DNA from: Candidatus Poribacteria bacterium
GTDB lineage: Bacteria > Poribacteria > WGA-4E > JAJDTR01
Length of the DNA stretch: 64,000 nucleotides
NCBI GenBank assembly: GCA_965222225.1
Contig: CBDCTK010000002.1
Span: forward strand, 2,688,001-2,752,000
Direction: 5' to 3'
Below the pieces are notes generated by a model. It did not search any database. It was not told where the DNA came from and saw nothing but the letters and a program-made list of their open reading frames with translations. Below, one piece after another: positions 9,622 to 17,499 of this stretch; the first letter of the stretch is position 1; every line of letters starts with the position of its first letter. Made by a program: the position numbers and the translations under genes.

Positions 9622-11415
9622 ATGTACCAACAGACTTATTTCGTTGATAAGCCGACAGGCACATTTGCCGATGTTTGTTCAGCTTTCGGATTGGCAACTG
9701 TCCTAGACGAATTCTTACGACGTGCTCTCGGTGAACACAGTTTTCGCACTGTCAAAATAATGGATCAGGGGACGACGTACGCGATTGAACTCACCCCCAT
9801 AATGCAAGAAGAATGGGTCGAAAGTCCAAATTTCTTTTCCCCTATTCCCTTCATCAAGACAGGGAAAAATAGTGCAACGATGCCAGAGGAAATTTACAAG
9901 ATTGAATACGACGAAGAGAAACAGATTTACGATGAATATAGAGAAGCCCGTCGAATTCTGGGGCAAACGATTCATCGCGGCGGAAGCGAGAGCCAAGGCG
10001 ATGCCGCTTTACCGGACAAACCAAAACCCAACTATCCGGTTTGGCAGAAAATCAACATGATGTCGGGGATCAGTTCTTACAATGCTGCTGTGGGCAACTG
10101 GTTTGAAGCTCGTGGGGAATTCGCAGAGCTTCTCCATCTTCTTCTTGCACTTCACGCCACCACGCCTAATCCGGTTTCAGCCTGTGAGCAAGAATGGAAA
10201 AAACTCAAAAAGGCGGGGAATCTTTCTGGAAAAGACCGCTTGAATATGCTGCAAATATTCAACCCGAGTACCGGAAAAGGCCAAAACGCCACAAAAGCAA
10301 ACAGCTTGTCGATGGGTAACGTAAGCAACTTTTGGTTGTGCGAATACATAAAGATGGTCGGTTTCTACCGTTGCGCGTTACCACGATTCGTGTCAGTGAA
10401 ACCTGGCCAGCCACCGACGGACCGAAAAACCTTCGCATTAGCGCCTATCAACATGACACTTGCGGCGCACAACGACATTTTCAATAGCTTCCGTGACACA
10501 GTGAGAAGCAATTACGCAATAAAGTCTGACATCTTTGCGGCGCTCAACTACACACAATGCTTTCTGAAATACTCCGAAGAAGCTCAGGAATCTGATGACT
10601 TATGGGGTGACGGTCCCCATGACTTTGTCGCAGGAATGCACACCGCCTTTTATAAAGATCTCGGCAACTCGTCCGCCGTGATGAACCTTTCCTTTATCAA
10701 TCTACCACGCTGGATGAACGTTCAAGATATAGATGATGTGCAGATATACCGCGAGATGATAGCGGAACACCTGCAAATCATAGGAAGTTTAGAAGAGGAA
10801 CGGAGTGAAGGCTTTCAACTGCTCCAACACTATCGGGACTTCCTATCCGGTCACGATTTCACGGCGTTCTTTGAGTTCACAGCGAAATACCCAAACTACC
10901 TGCTTAATGCCTTAGCGAAGGAACATTTCTGGGTTAAGCCGTTGAGCGCAACTAATTTGAGGAGGTTACTCATGAGAAACGAAAAAAAACTCACGCCAAT
11001 TATCAAAAGCGAGGGTTTTCAAAATATCGCTAGAGCCATCCGCCAAAGCACCGTGACGCTACAGTATATGGCGAGAAGCGGAAACCCCCCGTATGACATT
11101 CGATATGGACTCGGACAAGAATTGCGACGCAAGGCGAACTATCCGGACGAGTTCATTCAGGAATTAGGTGATTTTCTACACTCTTTCAACGCGGAAAATG
11201 CCCGCGTAGCGGAAGTTTCATCCGAAAGGGACCGGCGGTTCCGGCGGAAAAGCGTCCGTGTAGATGACATCACCGAAATCGTTCAATTGATTGATGAACA
11301 CGGGGCCCAAACCGTCTGTCATTTGCTGCTAGCTTTCGGATACGCTTCTACCAGCCACGATGAGGCGCCGACAGACGATGCCACCTCCCACACCCAACAA
11401 GGAGAAGGAAAATGA
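9622..11415 (+). CDS. cas8: Type I Cascade large subunit (Cas8-like)
   Basis: 597 aa between cas3 and cas7; contains FNPSTGKGQN; assignment is mainly positional. Confidence 0.7.
   Translation: MYQQTYFVDKPTGTFADVCSAFGLATVLDEFLRRALGEHSFRTVKIMDQGTTYAIELTPIMQEEWVESPNFFSPIPFIKTGKNSATMPEEIYKIEYDEEKQIYDEYREARRILGQTIHRGGSESQGDAALPDKPKPNYPVWQKINMMSGISSYNAAVGNWFEARGEFAELLHLLLALHATTPNPVSACEQEWKKLKKAGNLSGKDRLNMLQIFNPSTGKGQNATKANSLSMGNVSNFWLCEYIKMVGFYRCALPRFVSVKPGQPPTDRKTFALAPINMTLAAHNDIFNSFRDTVRSNYAIKSDIFAALNYTQCFLKYSEEAQESDDLWGDGPHDFVAGMHTAFYKDLGNSSAVMNLSFINLPRWMNVQDIDDVQIYREMIAEHLQIIGSLEEERSEGFQLLQHYRDFLSGHDFTAFFEFTAKYPNYLLNALAKEHFWVKPLSATNLRRLLMRNEKKLTPIIKSEGFQNIARAIRQSTVTLQYMARSGNPPYDIRYGLGQELRRKANYPDEFIQELGDFLHSFNAENARVAEVSSERDRRFRRKSVRVDDITEIVQLIDEHGAQTVCHLLLAFGYASTSHDEAPTDDATSHTQQGEGK
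10972..11415 (+). CDS. Putative internally translated small subunit (Cas11), 147 aa, in frame with cas8
   Basis: GAGGAGG at 10959-10965 precedes the in-frame ATG 10972 (MRNEKKLTPII); predicted helical C-terminal region. Confidence 0.6.
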   Translation: MRNEKKLTPIIKSEGFQNIARAIRQSTVTLQYMARSGNPPYDIRYGLGQELRRKANYPDEFIQELGDFLHSFNAENARVAEVSSERDRRFRRKSVRVDDITEIVQLIDEHGAQTVCHLLLAFGYASTSHDEAPTDDATSHTQQGEGK

Positions 11416-12410
11416 GCGATAACAAAGCGGTTTATTCCCTCACCATCTGTGGTCAAGCCACAATTGATATGCACTCCCTCAACAACGAAGGAAGCGAGGG
11501 AAACCAGATTGCAACCCGAATGGTCAACGTCTACGATGAGGCGGGAAAACTCGCTGCCGTGAACGCAATTTCAGGCGATATGTTCAAACACATTCAAGCC
11601 GAACATCTGTTTCATCTGAGCAGAAATAGTGGACTGAAGCTATGTTCGGGGTGCCAAAGATTCAGTGCAAACCGTATCCTTGATGACGAGACTTTTGTCG
11701 ACAGCTTCGAAAAAAACACCCCCGACGAGGAGATAGTTGCAAAGATGGTGCAAATGTGTGCCATTGATGACGTTGAAGGCATTCTTGTTACAGCGAAGAA
11801 CAAATCCACGCCGCGCAAGTCGATTGTGGAGTTTGGTTGGGTCGTCGGCATACCCGAGTTGAACACGACAGATAACTACTTCCATGTCAAGTATGTGTCA
11901 GATAGTGGAGCACAAAACGCAGATGACAGCGACAGCGCTGATGGCGGTGGAGCTAATCTTGGACAGAACATCTTCCATCGTCCCGCGAATTCGGGGATTT
12001 ACGCAGTTGTCGCAGGGGTTGAGGTTTCACGGCTCGGTTTCAACGATATAAGTCAGGCTTATGCCATTGATGACCAGGAGCGAAATCAACGATACAAAAC
12101 GTTGATTGAGAGCCTACTTTGTACTTTTGTCGATCCAAACGGAGCCATGCGAAGTGCTCAGAATCCCCATCTCGTTAACTTTGAAGGGGTTGTCAGTCTA
12201 AGCACTAAGATTTTGCCCGCGCCAACAATCAGCCCGCTTAACGCCGAATATAAGGACGAAATCAGACGTGTTGCAGACGCGCTCAATCAGATTGAGACGG
12301 ACGCAATTGAACGCCACGAGTTTGACTCACTCGGCGGTTACGCTGAAGTGATGGCAAACCTTGCCAATACAACTGTACCTTTCAAAATCAGTTATAACGG
12401 AGGGAACTAA
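11412..12410 (+). CDS. cas7: Cas7 backbone subunit, DevR/Csa2-like
   Basis: MHSLNNEGSEGN, AISGDMFKH and RKSIVEFGW motifs. Confidence 0.88.
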   Translation: MSDNKAVYSLTICGQATIDMHSLNNEGSEGNQIATRMVNVYDEAGKLAAVNAISGDMFKHIQAEHLFHLSRNSGLKLCSGCQRFSANRILDDETFVDSFEKNTPDEEIVAKMVQMCAIDDVEGILVTAKNKSTPRKSIVEFGWVVGIPELNTTDNYFHVKYVSDSGAQNADDSDSADGGGANLGQNIFHRPANSGIYAVVAGVEVSRLGFNDISQAYAIDDQERNQRYKTLIESLLCTFVDPNGAMRSAQNPHLVNFEGVVSLSTKILPAPTISPLNAEYKDEIRRVADALNQIETDAIERHEFDSLGGYAEVMANLANTTVPFKISYNGGN

Positions 12411-12411
12411 A

Positions 12412-13113
12412 ATGTGGGTGTCAGCTACCTATAAGCCCGCCACGTTCTTTTCGCTCAAGCCAAGCAATGCTACATCGTCAGGCGGTAAAACGTTGTTAAC
12501 ACCAACGCCTTATGCGATAAAGATGGGGCTGTTAGATGCCGCTATACGCACATGTGGAATCAGTTACGGGGAGGAAGCATGGGAATGGATACGCGGCTTG
12601 TCATTCGCGGTACGTGTTCCCGACCGTGCGTTAGTTAACAACGTGTTCACGCGTATTCTGAAGCCTACTCGTTCTAAGGACAAGGACGGATACGATAGAA
12701 CTATCGGCTACCGCGAATATGTCCATTTCATTGGCGCCATGAAATTGGCATTTGAAATACAAAATGATTTGTTGGTTGATGCAAAGGGACAACAGTTGAA
12801 CAAACTTCTGCCTCACATCACATACTTGGGGAAACGTGGTGGATTCGTTCAATTAATTCCCCCGGTACAATCGCTTGAGACACTACCCGCTGACTTCACG
12901 CTTTTGAGTGAAAAAAGGGATACATGGCATATCCAAAGTCAGTTACAGCACTTGGACGATTGCGACGATGAGATGACTTTCGAGCAAGCCGATATTTACA
13001 GTGGGAAGAACGTTCGTGTTGGCAAGGAACGGCACACCTTTCTTGCCATGCTTCCCTATCGACTATTGAGATCGAGTCGTGGTTTTAGCGATTACGCGCG
13101 TCTGGACATCTGA
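12412..13113 (+). CDS. cas5: Cas5
   Basis: FFSLKP...TLLTPTPYAIKMGL N-terminal Cas5 motif and YLGKRGGF; ATG 12412 after GGAGG. Confidence 0.8.
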   Translation: MWVSATYKPATFFSLKPSNATSSGGKTLLTPTPYAIKMGLLDAAIRTCGISYGEEAWEWIRGLSFAVRVPDRALVNNVFTRILKPTRSKDKDGYDRTIGYREYVHFIGAMKLAFEIQNDLLVDAKGQQLNKLLPHITYLGKRGGFVQLIPPVQSLETLPADFTLLSEKRDTWHIQSQLQHLDDCDDEMTFEQADIYSGKNVRVGKERHTFLAMLPYRLLRSSRGFSDYARLDI

Positions 13114-13123
13114 TTTTCTGTAT

Positions 13124-13200
13124 TAACGATGTGCTTCCATATACGCCCGCAAAGATATGGCGTGCTTAGGAATCACGACGTGGGAGTCTATCCGAGGCGT
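13124..13200 (-). pseudogene. Internally deleted BrnA-antitoxin remnant
   Basis: Reads ...VVIPKHAISLRAYMEAHR*, a fusion of the ISLR and LRAYMEA parts of the brnA copy at 14119-14473. Confidence 0.55.
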
Positions 13201-13211
13201 TGTAGGGGCAA

Positions 13212-14000
13212 TTAGTTGCTTGCTACTATCACGAGCACGAGAACAAAAGTCACAGCCATGAATCCCGCAATTACGAAACCAACCTCCCTTGGTTGTTCTG
13301 GAGGGGCGATTGCGGGCGTCGGAGGTGGTGGCGGTGGGCGGCCAAAAGTGACACCATTTTCAATTGCCTCGCCTTGCAGCATTACCATAATGGTTTCCGT
13401 AGTAGCGGGGTAGTATTGTATCCAGTGCGTTGACACCCCGGCCGGCAGGGACGTGGGATCAAAACTGTCGTAGTACAGATCGTAGGGCAGAGCTTCCTTG
13501 CGATGAAATTCAGTGATAATTGCACCGTGTTCGTAGGAACGATACGCATTAACCACCGCGGTAAGGATGTTTTCAGCCAAGGAATCTCCGTAGCTCTGAA
13601 GGGGTGTAGTGAGTCGGTCAATCTGTGCGCCTTCGCGCAAAGGTCCACCGTAGAACTTATACATCACATGGTCTAAGGGCAGGGGCTTTACGATTGAATT
13701 TGAAGCGTTAATAACCTGAATCGGGTTCAATCCTAACTCGTATGTGTCCTTGGTTTCATTCCGGCAGGAGGCGCCAATTCCAATGATGGCATTACTCGGA
13801 TTCCCAACTTGCCGGAATTCCGTGCAAATCAGTCCAAAGGTTAAGTCATGCGTCTCCAGCTTGCCAAGTTCTTGCATTCCTGTGTTCGATTCGTTTGGCA
13901 ACGTCCAAAGTTGCGATTGCCACTGTTTTACGTAGGGAGTGGAGCAGCCGATAGTTATAAGGGGAGTTACGAGTAAAATCAGTAGCGATATCCGTCCCAT
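13212..14000 (-). CDS. Putative lipoprotein with Pro-rich linker and C-terminal TM helix
   Basis: Hydrophobic N-terminus ending ITIG-C; PPPPPPTPAIAPP; hydrophobic C-terminus. Confidence 0.7.
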   Translation of the reverse strand: MGRISLLILLVTPLITIGCSTPYVKQWQSQLWTLPNESNTGMQELGKLETHDLTFGLICTEFRQVGNPSNAIIGIGASCRNETKDTYELGLNPIQVINASNSIVKPLPLDHVMYKFYGGPLREGAQIDRLTTPLQSYGDSLAENILTAVVNAYRSYEHGAIITEFHRKEALPYDLYYDSFDPTSLPAGVSTHWIQYYPATTETIMVMLQGEAIENGVTFGRPPPPPPTPAIAPPEQPREVGFVIAGFMAVTFVLVLVIVASN

Positions 14001-14118
14001 AGAATTCTCCTGGTGTTTGGTGGGTCACTAGCAGAGTAAATGTATAGTGCGCCAATCCTTAGGTTGTGTTATGGTTTCCAATCTTCAGCATGCGCTAACG
14101 GAATGAAAGGAGCAATTC

Positions 14119-14473
14119 CTAACGCTGCGCTTCCATGTACGCCCGCAAAACGGCGTTCATGCGGGTCTGGTAACCTCGACCTTGGGATTTAAACCACGCG
14201 AGTACGTCACTATCAGGGATTTCTATCGCACTCCTTATTCAGTCGCTTGATCGCAGGGAGATGGCGTGTTTGGGTTGGGGTATCACGACTTGGGCGTCTT
14301 TCCAGAATGCTTCATCGGTGGGTTGGGCGTCGGGGTCGGATGCCGCTGCTTCATCAATCTCTGCCTCGGTCACTGTGGAATTTCTATCGCACTCGTTATC
14401 CACTCGTTTGATCTGTTTGTGTGTCGTCGGGGACGTTATCGGAACTGTTGTCAGAGTAGGTGGTAACAGACAT
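14119..14473 (-). pseudogene. brnA: BrnA-family antitoxin interrupted by two 37-nt hairpin micro-elements
   Basis: Removing 14377-14413 and 14216-14252 gives MSVTT...DTQT/TVTEAEIDEAAASDPDAQPTDEAFWKDAQVVIPQPKHAISLR/DSDVLAWFKSQGRGYQTRMNAVLRAYMEAQR*. Confidence 0.82.
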
Positions 14474-14475
14474 GG

Positions 14476-14757
14476 CTAATCCAGGTGATAACCGAATTCT
14501 TCGGTGAGGATGCGCTTCTCTTCTTCCGTGTCGGCCTCGACGATGTCTTTATGGAGGACATAGTAGTGCGTTGCTTCAAGGGCAACTTCAAGCGGCAACC
14601 CGAAGTTCCTAGCCGTTCCCTCAAGTGTCTCGTGTTCGGTGCGCATGGAGGCGATAAGGTGCCAAACGGTCATGTTCCTGCCCTTTATCCAGACCTGCCG
14701 CCGCCAGTTTTTGGGACGGGCTTCAAGATATTTGCAGGTTTTGCAGCGTTGGCACAT
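14476..14757 (-). CDS. DUF433-like antitoxin/HTH protein
   Basis: WRRQVWIKGRNMTVWHLI...ARNFGLPLEVALEATHYY pattern. Confidence 0.65.
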   Translation of the reverse strand: MCQRCKTCKYLEARPKNWRRQVWIKGRNMTVWHLIASMRTEHETLEGTARNFGLPLEVALEATHYYVLHKDIVEADTEEEKRILTEEFGYHLD

Positions 14758-15002
14758 AATTTGGGAGCCTCTGAATCAATCTTTGTCACGGAAATTACCT
14801 CACTGTAGGAGCGATCAAGTAAGCGAATAGCGCACGCGATAGAGATCTTCTCCAGGTCGCGATTCCCTACTAAATTATATCCGAAATTCAAGGTTCACGC
14901 AAGGATTTAGACCGCCCCGTATGCATGTCTCTGAAAGAAACCGAGTTTTGTGGAAAAAACTCGGTTTCGTTGAACGTCCGTTACTCCTGTAGGAGGAAGA
15001 AA

Positions 15003-16112
15003 ATGAACCAACTCACTATCTCGGACTACGGTACATCTCTCGGCAAACGCTCGGAGCGCGTCAGCGTGCGGTACCGCGGGGTGGCGCGAGAGAAAGAGGA
15101 GCACGCTCTCATGGATCTGGATCAGATTGTCATCGCCTCGCGCGGGGTTAGCTTGTCGTCAGACTTGATTGAAGCCTGCACCGAGCGCGGGATCGAAATC
15201 TCGTTTCTCAGTTTCAGCGGCAAACCGTACGCCAAACTCAACAGCCCTTCGTTGACGGCGACCGTCATCTCGCGGCGCGAGCAACTCGCCGCCTATCACG
15301 ATGAGCGCGGGGTAGAGATTGCCAAGCGGTTCGCGGCGGGCAAGTTGCGGAATCAGATAAACCTGGTGCGCTATTTCGGCAAGTACCGCAAGAAAAGCGC
15401 GCCCAAGAGGTACGACGAACTGGCGGAGCGGGTTACCAAGATTGAGGGACTGATGGGAGATATTCGTGCCCTTCAAGCGCCGAAGGATGAAGGCAACGGG
15501 GTGTCGCCGATTGACGCCGCCCGCCCGACGTTGCTCAACCTTGAGGGGCGGGCGGGGGCGCTCTACTGGGAGTGCGTGCAACGGCTGCTGCCTGCGGGGC
15601 GATTCACGACACGTGAACATCAGGGCGCTGCCGATGATGTCAATTCGCTGCTCAACTACGGATACGGGATACTCTACTCGCAGGTTTGGAGCGCACTCTC
15701 GCTGGCTGGACTGGAACCTTTTGCGGGTTTTCTTCATGTCGATCGCCCCGGCAAACCGTCGCTGGTGTTGGATTTCATTGAGGAGTTCCGCCAACCGATT
15801 GTTGATCGGGTGGTGTTTGCGATGATTAACAAGAAATTCAGGGTTGAATGGGATGAGCCGGATGACGACGCCGCCAAATCCGCGCACCAGTCGGCAAAGC
15901 CGGAAGCGGATACCGACGTGCAGACGCAGCGGTATCTGAGCAAGGGCACGCGGCGTGCGCTCGCCGACCGGGTGTTGGAACGGCTTCAGGAGACGGAGCG
16001 GTTCGAGCGAAAAGACCAGAAGTTGTGCAATATCATCCAAATTCAGGCGCGTCATCTGGCGATGTTCCTGCGCGGGGAGAGGGATTATCAGTCATTTGTC
16101 TGTAGTTGGTGA
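15003..16112 (+). CDS. cas1: Cas1 integrase
   Basis: LEGRAGALYW, NSLLNYGYGILY, GFLHVDRPGKPSLVLDFIEEFR; GGAGG before ATG 15003. Confidence 0.96.
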   Translation: MNQLTISDYGTSLGKRSERVSVRYRGVAREKEEHALMDLDQIVIASRGVSLSSDLIEACTERGIEISFLSFSGKPYAKLNSPSLTATVISRREQLAAYHDERGVEIAKRFAAGKLRNQINLVRYFGKYRKKSAPKRYDELAERVTKIEGLMGDIRALQAPKDEGNGVSPIDAARPTLLNLEGRAGALYWECVQRLLPAGRFTTREHQGAADDVNSLLNYGYGILYSQVWSALSLAGLEPFAGFLHVDRPGKPSLVLDFIEEFRQPIVDRVVFAMINKKFRVEWDEPDDDAAKSAHQSAKPEADTDVQTQRYLSKGTRRALADRVLERLQETERFERKDQKLCNIIQIQARHLAMFLRGERDYQSFVCSW

Positions 16113-16263
16113 GGGGCGGGAAACCGATCAACCGAGTGGATAACGAGCAGGATAAACTATCGCCTTCGCTATTCGCTCAGTTGATCGATAGAGATCCTTT
16201 TTTTCTTGAAAACTCGGTTTCTGCTGACCACTAGTCACTGAGCACTGGCAACTGTGTTTTGCC

Positions 16264-16515
16264 ATGCACACGTACGTCATCTACGACATCGTCGAAGATC
16301 GAATCCGCAAGAAGATTGCGGATGTGTGCCTCGACTACGGCTTGAAGCGGTTTCAATACAGCGCTTTCTTGGGTGACATCAACACAACGCGACGCCGGGC
16401 GTTGGATGCAAAACTAACGCAGGAATTTGGGGACGCGGAGGGAAAGATTGAAGTCCTCTCCGTGTGCGCGAAAGATTTCGACCAACGCATTGTTATCGGA
16501 GACGCCGAAAGATGA
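16264..16515 (+). CDS. cas2: Cas2
   Basis: YVIYDIVEDRIRKKIADVCLDYGLKRFQYSAF. Confidence 0.95.
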   Translation: MHTYVIYDIVEDRIRKKIADVCLDYGLKRFQYSAFLGDINTTRRRALDAKLTQEFGDAEGKIEVLSVCAKDFDQRIVIGDAER

Positions 16516-17084
16516 ATATACGGGTCAGCGACATCAAGCAGTACTTCTACTGTCCGCGCGTGGTCTACCACACCTACTTCACTCCGGTGCACCGTCCGAC
16601 GACGCATCCGATGGAACTCGGCGCCCTCGAACACGAGGTATTGAGCGTCTTGGAGCGCCGCCGGACGCTTGCCCGCTACGGGCTTGAGGCTGGCAGCCGG
16701 AAATTCCACGTTTCGCTTCATGCCGAGTCGCTGGGATTGACCGGCGTGCTTGACCTGCTTATCGAGACCGAAGCCGGGGCGTTTCCCGTGGAGTTCAAGA
16801 GCACGAGACAACGACTCGACCTGAACGCGAAATGCCAGTTGACAGCGTACGCGATGATGGTGGAGGAGTGCCTCGGCGTCACGGTGGCTCAAGGGTTTAT
16901 CTATCGGATTCCCACGGAGCGAATCACGCCGGTGACGATTTCGGAGGGGCTGCGTGAGAAAACGCGCGGCGCGATTCGGGATATCCGACGAATGCTGTCG
17001 GAGGAGTGGATGCCTCCGCCAACGCCACAGCGCGGGAAATGCGTCGAATGCGAATTTCGGCGATTCTGCGCGGATGTGTTGTGA
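16512..17084 (+). CDS. cas4: Cas4
   Basis: YCPR, GVLD..PVEFK, QLTAY and C-terminal CVECEFRRFC Fe-S cysteines. Confidence 0.93.
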   Translation: MNIRVSDIKQYFYCPRVVYHTYFTPVHRPTTHPMELGALEHEVLSVLERRRTLARYGLEAGSRKFHVSLHAESLGLTGVLDLLIETEAGAFPVEFKSTRQRLDLNAKCQLTAYAMMVEECLGVTVAQGFIYRIPTERITPVTISEGLREKTRGAIRDIRRMLSEEWMPPPTPQRGKCVECEFRRFCADVL

Positions 17085-17499
17085 GGCAGCCAACTAAAAT
17101 CGTTGTGTTTCGCAAATCCGTTTTCTGCGGAAAATGTGGGTCGATTTGCGAAATCTTTGTAAAAGCGTGAAACGCAGGCGGGACGCGAGATGCGCCTCTC
17201 TGTTCGCGGATAGTTGTGAATCTTGCGGAATGACGAGAGGGCTTTTCGCATTAATTTCACCCCTATTTTCGATAGACTGGGTCAAGGTTCTGCGTACTCC
17301 ATACGATGTTTGGGGACAAATCGGCTATTTTCGAAAATCCGCGCGTAAACCAGTCGAATACCCATGAACACTGAATTCTCAGCGCTTGTGCCGTTTGAAA
17401 TTGACAGGGCAACGCCGATGTGTCAAAATTACACGTATGATGTACAAACGCAGGTGGTTTCTGCGTTTGGAGGAGTTTCGGCTACTGATCGCGAGGTCG
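17085..17499 (+). promoter_or_regulatory. CRISPR leader
   Basis: Non-coding stretch between cas4 and the first repeat; TTGACA at 17401 with CAAAAT 17 nt downstream. Confidence 0.6.

Noticed and set aside
15159-16055. 298-aa antisense ORF in cas1, and similar long antisense ORFs in dnaE (25447-26658) and elsewhere
   Set aside because: Shadow frames of well-supported genes, with no recognisable motifs.
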